From assembly GCA_965226885.1 (NCBI GenBank), contig CBDDEL010000015.1:640001-704000 (forward strand): a DNA stretch of 64,000 bases, read 5' to 3'. The position numbers and the translations under genes were made by a program. A model generated the notes under the pieces. It made no database searches, had not been told where the DNA came from, and saw only the letters and a list, made by a program, of their open reading frames with translations. Below are positions 51,534 through 62,787 of this stretch, one piece after another (the first letter of the stretch is position 1; each line of letters begins with the position of its first letter). This DNA comes from Opitutales bacterium. GTDB lineage: Bacteria; Verrucomicrobiota; Verrucomicrobiia; Opitutales; UBA2987.

Positions 51534-52818
51534 TGATGTGACCGCCGAAAACACTACCATTGCCAGTGAGAGTCTTTCTGGAGAAATTACCGGAAAGACC
51601 TATGAAGCAAAAAAGATACACCCCTGAACAAATCATAACGATACTGCGCGAAGTAGACGCAGGCAAAGGCATTCAGGATGTCTGTCGGTCCCACAATATC
51701 AGTCCTCAAAGCTACCATCGTTGGCGTAAAAAGTATGGCCGCATGGAGCTGCGTGGCGCCAAGCGGCTGAAGGAGCTGGAGCGCGAAAACACGCAGCTTA
51801 AGAAGATAGTAGCCGAGCAGATGCTGGAGAACCGTGTGCTCAAGGAGGTGAACGCAAAAAAATGGTAGGCCCGAAGCAGAAAAAGGAAGCGGTGAAGCAT
51901 GTATTGGCCCAAGGGTCGTGCTCGCTGCGTCGGGCCTGTCAGTATTTTGGGTTGCACCGCTCAACCTACCTGTATGAACCCAAGAAAGCTACTGAGTATA
52001 GGCATAAACTGGTGGCACGCATCATTGCCTTTTCGAAGAAGCATCCGCGCTATGGCTATCGTCGGATCCGCGCTTTGTTGGCCCATGAAGGTTGGCCCGT
52101 GAGTCGCAAATTCGTCCAAAAAGTGCGTCGTTTCGAAGGACTGGGTGTGCGCCCGTCTGGCAAGCGCCGTCGCCGGCAGGGCCAATCCACGGCTACCCCG
52201 ACCCGAGCAGTGCAGCCCAACCATGTGTGGAGTTGGGACTTCGTGGCGGATCGCACCGACCGGGGCGGTCCGCTCAGGCTCTTGACACTGATCGATGAAC
52301 ATACCCGTCAATGCCTGGCCATTAAGGTTGCGCGCTCACTGAAAAGTGCCGATGTGGTAGAGGTATTGAACGATGCCATAAGAGAGAACGGCAAACCTCA
52401 GTGCATCCGCTCGGACAACGGATCGGAGTTTATAGCCCACCAAGTCAAAGAAGAACTGCAGCGACAGGAAATTGCCATCGCATACATTGATCCAGGAAGC
52501 CCTTGGCAGAATGGACATATAGAATCCTTTCATAATCGTTTGCGCGATGAATGCCTTAACCAGGAACTGTTCCTGAGCGTGACCGAAGCGCGTGTGGTGG
52601 TCGAACAATGGCGACACAAATACAACGCGAAACACCCCCACAGCCGATTAGGCTTTCTCTCCCCAAATACATTTGCCAGACTCTGGCGAACAATCAACAA
52701 AGCAGCGGCTGGCTCCATTCGGCCTACGGCCTCATTGCGCCACCCGCTGCAAAACCTACAATACCAAACCTACGGAAATACTCTCACTTAAAGTGGTAGC
52801 AAAGATGGGGTCCGATCA
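51534..52818 (+). mobile_element. IS3-family element (IS407-group-like, 1285 bp) nested in IS1380
   Basis: Ends TGATGTGACC / GGTCCGATCA; TSD ACTT. Confidence 0.92.
51602..52791 (+). CDS. IS3 transposase OrfA/OrfB with a -1 frameshift at AAAAAAATGG near 51856-51865
   Basis: OrfA HTH (RYTPEQII.ILRE); OrfB WSWDF, SDNGSEF, PWQNGHIESF. Confidence 0.9.
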
Positions 52819-54348
52819 ACTTTGATACCCTGCGCCACGATCCATTGTTGCAAACGGTAACGGGGCGCATTGAAACGTTGGCCAGCGCGCCGACTTTGTG
52901 TCGTTTTGAAAACGGGCAGGATCGGCGGGCGGCCTTTGCGGTAAACGAGCTGTTGGTCGAACAGTTCATGGGCTCTTTTGCCGAGGAACCCGAAGAGATC
53001 ATCCTGGACTTTGACGCCACCGACAATCCGGTGCACGGGCTCCAGGAGGGACGTTTTTTCCACGGTTATTATGATCATTACTGTTTTCTGCCGCTATATG
53101 TTTTTTGCGGTGATCAGCTGCTGGTGGCCTACCTGCGGCCGAGCAAGATCGATGCCAGCAAGCATGCCGGGGCCATCCTCAAATTGCTGGTTAAACGGAT
53201 TCGCCAAAGCTGGCCCCGTAAGCGGATTATTTGGCGCGCCGACAGTGGATTTTGTCGAGACCGGATACTCTCTTGGTGCGACCGCAACGAAGTTAGTTAC
53301 ATCGTGGGGATGGCTCGCAATGCACGCTTGCAGCAAGACGCCCAGCAGTTGCAAAAGCAGGCCAAAGAATGGTTCGAACTAAGGGGTAAAAAACAACGGT
53401 TATTCCAGGACTTCGTCTATGCTGCCGATTCGTGGCGATGGCTGCGGTTGGTCATCCATAAAGCCGAACACACCGCACAGGGGTCCAACCCGCGCTTCGT
53501 GGTGACGAACCTGCCGGGCGATCCCCAGGAGCTTTACGACAAGGTATACTGTGGCCGCGGTGAAATGGAGAACCGAATCAAGGAACAGATGCAATTGTTC
53601 AGCGAGCGCACCAGCGCCCATCAATGGTGGGCCAATCAGTGGCGATTGCTCTTGTCGGCGCTGGCCTACACCTTGATGGAAGCCATGCGCCGGTTAGCCT
53701 TAAAAGGGACGAAGTGGGCGCGGGCCCAATGCCACACCCTGCGGCTCAAATTAATCAAGATCGGAGCGGTCATCGTGCGCAACACCCGAACGATTCACTT
53801 TCACCTAAGTGAGAGTTATCCTTGGGCCAGTCTTTTCAACCATGCGGCCCGCCGATTGGTGCCAACCTAAAGGGTGCATTGGTGCTGCCCCCGGCACTAC
53901 CGAACCAATGGGGGAAAGGGGGCAGTGTCTCTACACCCTGAAAAACACCTAAAAATCAAGACGATCTGCTCAAAATACAAAGAAATCCATCTCCAATAGC
54001 AATAACGAGCCAAACTTTACCCTTCATGAAATATCCGGGCTAATATTGTTTCCCATGAAGAAAGAGCCAAAGATTATATAATCTTATCTTCTGAAATGGC
54101 TGGGACAGTGAAGTACGCCCGTCCAATAAATAATAATTTATTCATCTTTGACCGCTTGGTTTTCAACAAACAATCCAAAAGATTTCTCTCTATCATCAAT
54201 AAAATCAAGCGGAAAAAAACGATTGGAAAAGAAGAACACAAAACCATTAATTCAGTTGTTTATACGATCCAACAGTCTCTGGGCGTCGGTATGGATATTC
54301 TATGCAATCCAAACAGTTCAAGAAAACATGTTGGCAATAGATTTGAAG

Positions 54349-54374
54349 AATTAATTCGCCTAATTAATTCGCCT
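54349..54374. repeat. 13-bp tandem duplication AATTAATTCGCCT x2 frameshifting the REase gene
   Basis: Read directly; removal restores EELIRLIVTKLGVNNDK. Confidence 0.95.
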
Positions 54375-54819
54375 TATTGTCACAAAATTGGGCGTAAATA
54401 ATGACAAGGTAGTTTTCAAAATCCCTTATCCATCAGAGCAGGGAGAAAAACTGTATTCATGCGAAATTGACGTTATTATTTCTCCCCATAAAGCCGTAAG
54501 ATCTGGAACAAAATCAATAGACAAAGAAGAGATTGTTATTTCACTTAAAACATCATCAAAAGACCGCATGGGGAAGATATTTCTTGACAAACTTCTCATG
54601 CAAAAATTCGCTAAACACCCTGTCAAAGTTGTCGGCATCTTCCTCATGTAAACGCCGGGATGAAACCGGTACGGGGGTCGGGGTAAAACCGGTACGCTTG
54701 GAATAAGGTTTAGGTTAGTAATTGCAGGTACGTCAAGGTTTAGGGTTTGGGAGTTGGTTTTGGGGATTGGCTTGGGGTCGGTGAGGAGGCCGGAGGCCGA
54801 CGAGCCGGGCCCAAGGCGT

Positions 54820-55587
54820 CTATTGTTTTGTGCCACGGCGACGGCGTCGAGCATCGCGCAAGCGGTAGCTTTGCCCGTTGGCTTCGAGGATATGCACCCG
54901 ATGGGTGAGTCGGTCCAGCAGAGCTCCGGTGAGCCGTTCGGAACCGAGCACTTCGATCCAGTTCTCAAAGGGCAGGTTGGTGGTGACGATGAGACTGGTG
55001 CGCTCGTAAGCGCGGCTGACCACGTCGAAGAGCAGTTCGGAACCGGTCTTGGAAAAAGGGACGTAACCGAGTTCGTCGAGGATGAGTAGGTCGAGCCTTT
55101 CGAGTTGCTTCATGAAGCGCTGCAGGTCGTGGTTGTCGCGTTGCTCGAGCATATGGGTAACCAGGGCGGTGACCCCGAAGAAACGGATCCGCCGGCCCTG
55201 GGCACAGGCGGCAAAGCCCAGGGCGGTGGCCAGGTGCGTTTTACCGGTACCGGCGTTACCGAGGAGCAGCACGTTTTCGCGCTGGTCGACATACTCCCCG
55301 CGCATGAGCTCTCGGATGAGCGCTTCGTTGATCGAGGGCTGCGCTTCAAAGGCGAAGCTCTCGAGGGTCTTGAGCACGGGGAAACGGGCGTTTTTGATCC
55401 GCCGCTGGGCGGCCCGCTGTTCGCGTTCAATGAGCTCCCGTTCGACCAGATGCAACAAAAAGGCGGCGTAATCGAGCCGGTCCCGGGAACAAGCCGCGGC
55501 CACCGCCGGCCATTCGCGCAGGATGGTGGGCAACTTCAGTTTCTTGAGGTGATGGTGTAACAGCAGCTGGTTTTTTTCTTCCTTCAT
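54820..55587 (-). CDS. istB: IS21 helper AAA+ ATPase
   Basis: GNAGTGKT, LILDELGY, TTNL, LLDRL.H. Confidence 0.95.
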   Translation of the reverse strand: MKEEKNQLLLHHHLKKLKLPTILREWPAVAAACSRDRLDYAAFLLHLVERELIEREQRAAQRRIKNARFPVLKTLESFAFEAQPSINEALIRELMRGEYVDQRENVLLLGNAGTGKTHLATALGFAACAQGRRIRFFGVTALVTHMLEQRDNHDLQRFMKQLERLDLLILDELGYVPFSKTGSELLFDVVSRAYERTSLIVTTNLPFENWIEVLGSERLTGALLDRLTHRVHILEANGQSYRLRDARRRRRGTKQ

Positions 55588-57089
55588 AAAGCCCCTCCTG
55601 GAATCTTGAGCAGTTCGCTGTAGGCACCGAGGTCAGGGGCGGCCACACGGACGTGACGCAGGTGTGGATGGCCGTCCAGCCGGAAGGTTCTGCTCCCGTA
55701 GTCTTCCTGAGGATAGAGATACTGGGCGATGGCCTCACGAGTCAGTCCCCCCACCCGCAGGGCCGAGACGACGGCCTGCTGCAAGGCCGCCATGGGGTGT
55801 TTCTCCAACAGCCGCAGCACCCGGATATACTCCCGGGTGCCTTCGCCCCCGCATTGGCTTTCGAGCCGGCGTCTGAGGACCTGCAGGCACTGCGGCAACT
55901 GCCAGCCCGAGAGTGGGCGGGCGAAGTCCAAAGCGCCCGGTTTTTTCTCCAGCAAAGCCAGGTAGTGCACCGGCTCGAAAGAGACTTGCTCTTTATCCCA
56001 AATGCGGCGGTGCCGGGCCACCTCTTGGCCCCCACAGAAGATCACCACCTGCCGACAGGACCCTTCCACCACCACCGGATGGTGGGCGCAGCGCACCGGC
56101 ACCGAATAGTCGTTGCACTCGAAGCGCACCAGCGAGAGGCTGCTGACGCAGGTCGAGCGTTTGCGGCTCGCTTCAAAGGGTATGGGCGGCAACGCCAGCA
56201 TGACGGCGCGCTCCTCGGCCAGCAGTTCCTTTTTCACCGCCCTTTTCCCGCGTAATTTACGCTCCATGTCCCGCTCACATGCCTCCAACAGCTTTGCGTT
56301 GAGTTCCTCCAGGTCCCGAACCTGCGGTACCGGTACCAGGAAGTTGGCCCGGGCATAACGCACGATCCCCTCGACCACGCCCTTCTCGTTGGGCCGGGCG
56401 GGCAGACAGAAGTGTTCCTCGAACAGGTAATGGCTCTGTAGCTGCAGAAACCCGTCGGTCAGCTTGCGTTCACGCGAACCGATAATCTTACCCACCGCCA
56501 CCTTCGAGTTGTCATAGCTGATGCGCCGGGGCACCGCCCCGAAAAACTCAAAAGCTCGCAGGTGCCCCTCCCAGAAGCTCTCCGTGCACTCCCGTTCGAA
56601 CACCTGCACGAAAAAGGCATCGCTGTAGGGCAGGCTCATGGCAAAAAATGGCCGCCTACGCAATTGCCCCGCCTCCTTCACCAGGGCATGACCGAAGTCC
56701 ACCTGTCCCTCCCCGGGGCGGTGCTCCAGCGGCACGAACACTTCCCGCCGCCTCGCTCGCAGCTCGGCCACCACCTCCTTGACCGCCGTGTAGCCCCCTT
56801 GGTAGCCCTTCTTCCGACCCAAACGCTGGTAGATCCGTTTGGCCGTATGGCGCTGCTTCTTGGGCACGTTCCGGTCCGCTTTGAGCACCTCCTCGATCCA
56901 GCCCACATACGGATCGATCTTGCGCTCTCGCCTCTTCTTGCGCCGGTATCCCGGCGGCTGGGAATAGGCCAGCATCTTTCCCAGGGTCTCCCAGTGCAGT
57001 CCCTCTTCTCGCATTACAGAGCGCTTGCTCTGCTTGTCCCGCAGCACTTTGTGCCGCACTCTTGTCCATTGCTTCATATCTCGATACAC
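55584..57089 (-). CDS. istA: IS21 DDE transposase
   Basis: QVDFG, YDN, NEKGVVE. Confidence 0.95.
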   Translation of the reverse strand: MYRDMKQWTRVRHKVLRDKQSKRSVMREEGLHWETLGKMLAYSQPPGYRRKKRRERKIDPYVGWIEEVLKADRNVPKKQRHTAKRIYQRLGRKKGYQGGYTAVKEVVAELRARRREVFVPLEHRPGEGQVDFGHALVKEAGQLRRRPFFAMSLPYSDAFFVQVFERECTESFWEGHLRAFEFFGAVPRRISYDNSKVAVGKIIGSRERKLTDGFLQLQSHYLFEEHFCLPARPNEKGVVEGIVRYARANFLVPVPQVRDLEELNAKLLEACERDMERKLRGKRAVKKELLAEERAVMLALPPIPFEASRKRSTCVSSLSLVRFECNDYSVPVRCAHHPVVVEGSCRQVVIFCGGQEVARHRRIWDKEQVSFEPVHYLALLEKKPGALDFARPLSGWQLPQCLQVLRRRLESQCGGEGTREYIRVLRLLEKHPMAALQQAVVSALRVGGLTREAIAQYLYPQEDYGSRTFRLDGHPHLRHVRVAAPDLGAYSELLKIPGGAL

Positions 57090-57415
57090 TCCTCCTTTCT
57101 AGGATAAGCGTACCGGTTTTAAAGCGCCCTCTTTACCGTACCGGTTTTTCCCCGGCGTTTACACTCAATGACGTTCAGAGAAAGGAAACAAAACAAATCA
57201 GTTACACCTTTGTTTCTGGTCTGTTTATGGTATACACAAAATTTTTAACCGAACTTGAAGGCGTCTATTTCATTGATACACCACCTCTCACTAAAGAGGC
57301 ACCATACAATCAACATATTTTTTCTTTTTCTAAGTTTATAGCCGAGGACATCTGACGTGTACTGGATTTGTTGGACACGGGATTCTCTTATATTCATTGT
57401 TTATTGATTAGTGTG

Positions 57416-58333
57416 TCAGGCGGCTTGTTTTGGTAAAGGGTTTTGCTTTCTCGTTGCCCCCCATGGGGGGCAAATATTTTCCTCGAATTGGACTGGGCTT
57501 TGGTAACTCAGAGAGGAATGTTTGCGATATCGGTTGTAGAAGATTTCCACGTATTCGAAGACAGTTGATCGCAGTTCGCGCTCGTCGGCAAAGTGGCGGC
57601 CTCGAATCGTGCTGGTCTTGAAGCGGCCGTAGAACGATTCCATGGCCGCGTTGTCGTAGCAGTTGCCTTGGGCGCTCATGCTCGGCTTCATGCCTAGTTC
57701 AGAGACCAGCCTCTGATAGTCGTCGCTGGCGTAGGGGCTGCCCCGATCGCTGTGATGAATAATCCCGGTGCGCAGTGTGCCGCGGGTCATGGCCGCGGCT
57801 TTGAGGGCCTTGCCAACCAGCTTCGCGTCGTTGTGGTTGGAAACGCTCCAGCCCAGCAGGCGTCGGCTGAACAGGTCCATCACCGTGGCCAAGTACATCC
57901 AACCGGCCAGGGTCCGTAGGTAGGTCGTGTCCGCCACCCAGACCTCGTCGATATGGGTCGGCTGGCCATGCTTTCTAAGCACATTGGGGCTGTAACCATA
58001 GGGATGGTTACTGTTGGTTTTTAATGGCTTAAAGCGTTTACTCTGGGTGCTTTTGATTCCCATTTCACGCATCAGACGCAGAGCCCGGTCACGGCCGCAA
58101 TCGATGCCCTCATCATCCTTCAGATGGCGGTGCATTGGCCGATGCCCATAGCGGCCCTTGGCCTCTTTGTGTACCTTCAGGATCGCCCCCTTGATTCCCT
58201 CGTCCTCGATCCGCCGGGCCGAGGGCGCTCGGTGCCTCCAGCAGTAATAGCCACTGCGACAAATCCCCATCGCCGAGCATATCTCCTCGATCTTGAAGCG
58301 CCCCTCGTTGTCTTTGACAAACTGGTACTTCAT
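57416..58333 (-). CDS. IS3 element A OrfB (DDE integrase domain)
   Basis: WVADTTY, HSDRGS, CYDNAAMESF. Confidence 0.9.
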   Translation of the reverse strand: MKYQFVKDNEGRFKIEEICSAMGICRSGYYCWRHRAPSARRIEDEGIKGAILKVHKEAKGRYGHRPMHRHLKDDEGIDCGRDRALRLMREMGIKSTQSKRFKPLKTNSNHPYGYSPNVLRKHGQPTHIDEVWVADTTYLRTLAGWMYLATVMDLFSRRLLGWSVSNHNDAKLVGKALKAAAMTRGTLRTGIIHHSDRGSPYASDDYQRLVSELGMKPSMSAQGNCYDNAAMESFYGRFKTSTIRGRHFADERELRSTVFEYVEIFYNRYRKHSSLSYQSPVQFEENICPPWGATRKQNPLPKQAA

Positions 58334-58580
58334 TGTTCGTCCTTGGCAAAGTAGCCCACCGTTTTTTTTAGTATCTGGTTGATCCGCTCCGAGCGGCGCA
58401 GCTCTTTGCGAAGACGATCTATCTCGGCCGCCATCTCCTTCGGACTGCTCTGTCGCTTTGAGGTGGCTTCGCCCTGCTGATCGTCCAGATAGAGCCTCTT
58501 CCACCTATACAATTGGTTGGTGTTGACCCCAAGTTTGGTCGATACCTCGGTGGCGCTCAGACCATCGAGTATCATCAGTT

Positions 58581-59913
58581 TGAAATGGACGGGGAAAACT
58601 GGACAGTGGAATAAGGTGGTCTTGAACCACTAAATCCGCTAACCTATGAATGTTATTAAATCACGAAAGAGAAGACAATACAGTGCTGAGTTTAAAGCCC
58701 GAGTGGCCCTGGAAGCCATCAGGGGCGCTCATACCATCAACGAGATCGCCGGTCGTTTTGAGGTGCATCCCAACCAGGTGACCCAATGGAAGAAGCAGCT
58801 TTTGCAGGGAGCAACGGAGCTGTTTTCGCGCCAGCGGCAGACTCTCAGCAAGGACAACGAGACGGAAAAAGATCACCTTTACCAGGAGATTGGAAAGCTG
58901 AAAGTAGAATGCGATTGGCTAAAAAAAAAGTCTGAACAATTCGGTTGGTGAGAGGCGCAAGATGGTGCAACCACTTCAAGGAAAAATCAGTATCGGCAGG
59001 CAATGTCAGTTGCTGGGGCTGGCCCGCGGCAGCTATTACTATCGGGCCCGTGCCCAGTGCGAGCAGAACGTTCTCTACATGCATCGCATGGATGAGCTCT
59101 ACACCCAATATCCGTTTTTTGGTTCTCGCCGGATGACCCAGTGGCTGCGTCGAGAGGGCCATGCAGTGGGACGAGGCCGCATCCAGCGGCTCATGCGCCA
59201 AATGGGCCTGGAGGCTATTTATCCGCGTCGAAACTTGAGCCAGGGGCACCGGCAGCACCGCATTTTCCCTTATCTGCTGCGGGGTTTGGCGGTCGAGCGG
59301 CCCGACCAGGTATGGTGCAGCGACATCACTTACCTGCGGCTGAGCCGAGGATTCCTTTTCTTGACCGTGGTGTTGGACTGGTTCAGCCGCTACGTGTTGA
59401 GCTGGCAGCTTTCCAACACCCTGGAGAGCCGCTTCTGTGTGCTCGCCCTGGAGGAAGCTCTGAGGCGGGCCCAACCTCAAATCTTCAACACCGATCAAGG
59501 CAGCCAGTTTACCGGCAGCGAGTTCACCTCGGTGCTGGGGCAAGCCGGGGTGCGCATCAGCATGGACGGGCGTGGCCGCTACCTGGACAACATATTTGTT
59601 GAACGCTTTTGGAGAACCCTCAAGTATGAAGACATTTACCTGCGCGAATACGCCACGGCAAAGGAAGCCAGCGAAGGGATAGCCCGCTACCTGGACTTCT
59701 ACAACCACCTGCGCCCCCACCAAGCCCTGGGCTACCGGACCCCGGCCGAAGTCCATGCAATCGGAGCAAAACCAACCTCCCCGCCAATACAGCTTGCGGG
59801 CACCTGCGTGCCCGTCTTTGGCTAAGGACAAAATATATTTTTAAAAAATAATATGAACACGATTTCCACCTTAATCCCACGTCAAAATTGTCCAAACAAC
59901 CCCGTCCACTTCA
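58581..59913 (+). mobile_element. IS3-family element B (1333 bp) nested in orfA of element A
   Basis: IRs TGAAATGGACGGGG / CCCCGTCCACTTCA; TSD GTT; orfA 58646-58951, slippery A-run plus G near 58920-58930, orfB to 59825 (WCSDITY, NTDQGSQF, DNIFVER). Confidence 0.93.
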
Positions 59914-60025
59914 GTTGAACTGCCTCATTTTTGAACTCTATACTGCGTCTTCTTCCCATGCTTCGATTCTCCATTTAGGAGAATCTCGTGTCCACTTTTT
60001 CCAGTGCACATCAATCTGGAAATTA

Positions 60026-61090
60026 TTATCCCCTTAACTTTCTCCGTCGTTCAAGGACATCTGCCTCCTCCCTATTGTCGGCAATTCTTCCAATGTGAGC
60101 CTTGTCCTGAAGTCTTCTTTTTATCGATTTACAATATTCTATATTTGTTTCTGTACCATACCAGTTACGACCAAACGCCTCAGCCACAGCATAAGTTGTC
60201 CCTGAACCACCAAAAGGATCAACCACCAAGCCATCAATATTTGAGGAGGCAAGTATACACTTTTTCACTAACTCTATAGGTTTTTGAGTCGGGTGCTTTT
60301 CCCTTTCCCATGAATTATTGGTTAATGTTGGTATCTCAAAAACATCTTTCGGCTTTGCGCCTTTGTGATGAGGAGTCCAAACATATTCTTTTCCATTCCC
60401 ATACTGAGAACTCTTTGCTTGTGGATGGTGTGGATATTTTAGAGTGTGGGCATTGTATGGAACTCTTACTTCATCAACATTAAAAATTATTTTGTTACTA
60501 TTCCTAAAATGCAACAAACTTTCGTGCGACCGCCCCCAGTCATTAGCAAAGTTAGCCTTATTTCGGTAATACCAAACCAACCATTTACACCCCTTAAAGA
60601 GACTGCTAGCCGCCCATTTAAGATCAGCTAATATTTCCGAAAAACCACAAATATATAAACTTCCATTAGGTTCCAGCACTCTTTGCGCCTCTTTTATCCA
60701 TTCAATGCTCCAATGTACATATTCTTGTTGGGATTCAAAAGTATCCCATTCAGCTTTTTTGATATTGTATGGAGGATCAGCAAAAATAAGTTGAACGGAA
60801 GACGTTTTTACTGTTTTAAAAAAGGTTATAACATCTGCATTATACAATCTACCAAGGGTTGTAGTGAATAATGGGACTATCTGGTGTTGTAGAGAATTTG
60901 CATAATCAGTTAAGTATTTTTGTTCATGCTCTTTCAACACTAACTCAATTTGATCATCACTATAAACACGGTAATTATTAAAGGGGTTTCTCTGTGATGG
61001 GAATTTTCCTGTTTTATCCCACCTTCTAAGTGTTTCAGAGCTCACCCCGATTTTTTTTGCAGCCTGGCTAATTTTAAGGTAATTTTCCAT
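60026..61090 (-). CDS. Beta-class amino-DNA methyltransferase with an N-terminal MerR-type HTH
   Basis: LKISQAAKKIGVSSETLRRWD...NNYRVY HTH; ADPPY, HPTQKP, DPFGGSGT; frame intact. Confidence 0.93.
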   Translation of the reverse strand: MENYLKISQAAKKIGVSSETLRRWDKTGKFPSQRNPFNNYRVYSDDQIELVLKEHEQKYLTDYANSLQHQIVPLFTTTLGRLYNADVITFFKTVKTSSVQLIFADPPYNIKKAEWDTFESQQEYVHWSIEWIKEAQRVLEPNGSLYICGFSEILADLKWAASSLFKGCKWLVWYYRNKANFANDWGRSHESLLHFRNSNKIIFNVDEVRVPYNAHTLKYPHHPQAKSSQYGNGKEYVWTPHHKGAKPKDVFEIPTLTNNSWEREKHPTQKPIELVKKCILASSNIDGLVVDPFGGSGTTYAVAEAFGRNWYGTETNIEYCKSIKRRLQDKAHIGRIADNREEADVLERRRKLRG

Positions 61091-61217
61091 AGTTTTTCCC
61101 TAATGTTTAAATGTTCATGATGTGCACTGGAAAAAGTGGACACGAGATTCTCCTAAATGGAGAATCGAAGCATGGGAAGAAGACGCAGTATAGAGTTCAA
61201 AAATGAGGCAGTTCAAC

Positions 61218-62550
61218 TGAAGTGGACGGGGTTGTTTGGACAATTTTGACGTGGGATTAAGGTGGAAATCGTGTTCATATTATTTTTTAAAAATATATTT
61301 TGTCCTTAGCCAAAGACGGGCACGCAGGTGCCCGCAAGCTGTATTGGCGGGGAGGTTGGTTTTGCTCCGATTGCATGGACTTCGGCCGGGGTCCGGTAGC
61401 CCAGGGCTTGGTGGGGGCGCAGGTGGTTGTAGAAGTCCAGGTAGCGGGCTATCCCTTCGCTGGCTTCCTTTGCCGTGGCGTATTCGCGCAGGTAAATGTC
61501 TTCATACTTGAGGGTTCTCCAAAAGCGTTCAACAAATATGTTGTCCAGGTAGCGGCCACGCCCGTCCATGCTGATGCGCACCCCGGCTTGCCCCAGCACC
61601 GAGGTGAACTCGCTGCCGGTAAACTGGCTGCCTTGATCGGTGTTGAAGATTTGAGGTTGGGCCCGCCTCAGAGCTTCCTCCAGGGCGAGCACACAGAAGC
61701 GGCTCTCCAGGGTGTTGGAAAGCTGCCAGCTCAACACGTAGCGGCTGAACCAGTCCAACACCACGGTCAAGAAAAGGAATCCTCGGCTCAGCCGCAGGTA
61801 AGTGATGTCGCTGCACCATACCTGGTCGGGCCGCTCGACCGCCAAACCCCGCAGCAGATAAGGGAAAATGCGGTGCTGCCGGTGCCCCTGGCTCAAGTTT
61901 CGACGCGGATAAATAGCCTCCAGGCCCATTTGGCGCATGAGCCGCTGGATGCGGCCTCGTCCCACTGCATGGCCCTCTCGACGCAGCCACTGGGTCATCC
62001 GGCGAGAACCAAAAAACGGATATTGGGTGTAGAGCTCATCCATGCGATGCATGTAGAGAACGTTCTGCTCGCACTGGGCACGGGCCCGATAGTAATAGCT
62101 GCCGCGGGCCAGCCCCAGCAACTGACATTGCCTGCCGATACTGATTTTTCCTTGAAGTGGTTGCACCATCTTGCGCCTCTCACCAACCGAATTGTTCAGA
62201 CTTTTTTTTTAGCCAATCGCATTCTACTTTCAGCTTTCCAATCTCCTGGTAAAGGTGATCTTTTTCCGTCTCGTTGTCCTTGCTGAGAGTCTGCCGCTGG
62301 CGCGAAAACAGCTCCGTTGCTCCCTGCAAAAGCTGCTTCTTCCATTGGGTCACCTGGTTGGGATGCACCTCAAAACGACCGGCGATCTCGTTGATGGTAT
62401 GAGCGCCCCTGATGGCTTCCAGGGCCACTCGGGCTTTAAACTCAGCACTGTATTGTCTTCTCTTTCGTGATTTAATAACATTCATAGGTTAGCGGATTTA
62501 GTGGTTCAAGACCACCTTATTCCACTGTCCAGTTTTCCCCGTCCATTTCA
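61218..62550 (-). mobile_element. IS3-family element B, second copy
   Basis: Identical ORFs 62180..62485 and 61306..62169; same IRs. Confidence 0.93.
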
Positions 62551-62787
62551 ACTCGATGGTCTGAGCGCCACCGAGGTATCGACCAAACTTGGGGTCAACA
62601 CCAACCAATTGTATAGGTGGAAGAGGCTCTATCTGGACGATCAGCAGGGCGAAGCCACCTCAAAGCGACAGAGCAGTCCGAAGGAGATGGCGGCCGAGAT
62701 AGATCGTCTTCGCAAAGAGCTGCGCCGCTCGGAGCGGATCAACCAGATACTAAAAAAAACGGTGGGCTACTTTGCCAAGGACGAACA

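Larger units (their letters stand above)
51184..54039 (+). mobile_element. IS1380-family element, copy 3; its transposase is split by a nested IS3
   Basis: Same IRs as copies 1 and 2; TSD CTAA; transposase pieces at 51271-51533 and 52819-53870. Confidence 0.95.
54647..57163 (-). mobile_element. IS21-family element (2517 bp)
   Basis: IRs TGTAAACGCCGGG / CCCGGCGTTTACA; repeated subterminal AAACCGGTACG boxes at both ends; TSD CTCA. Confidence 0.95.
57353..60013 (-). mobile_element. IS3-family element A carrying nested element B (left composite, 2661 bp)
   Basis: Ends TGACGTGTACTGGA / TCCAGTGCACATCA; TSD ATC; orfA split by element B. Confidence 0.93.
51092..60037 (+). pseudogene. Type II restriction endonuclease (PD-(D/E)xK-like), 295 aa when rebuilt from four pieces
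   Basis: 51092-51183 + 54044-54646 (minus the 13-bp duplication) + 57168-57352 + 60017-60037 = 888 nt open frame; motifs RKHVGNRFE, EIDVII, SLKTSSKDR; convergent with and overlapping a DNA methyltransferase gene. Confidence 0.82.

Noticed and set aside
14414..54374. CRISPR array or DGR template/variable repeats
   Set aside because: Repeats are two-copy with no spacers; no cas gene, reverse transcriptase or adenine-specific mismatched repeat pair was seen
58845..62286. 328-aa ORFs at 58845..59831 and 61300..62286, and similar long antisense ORFs (e.g. 8496..9494)
   Set aside because: Antisense shadows of IS3 OrfB or other motif-supported genes
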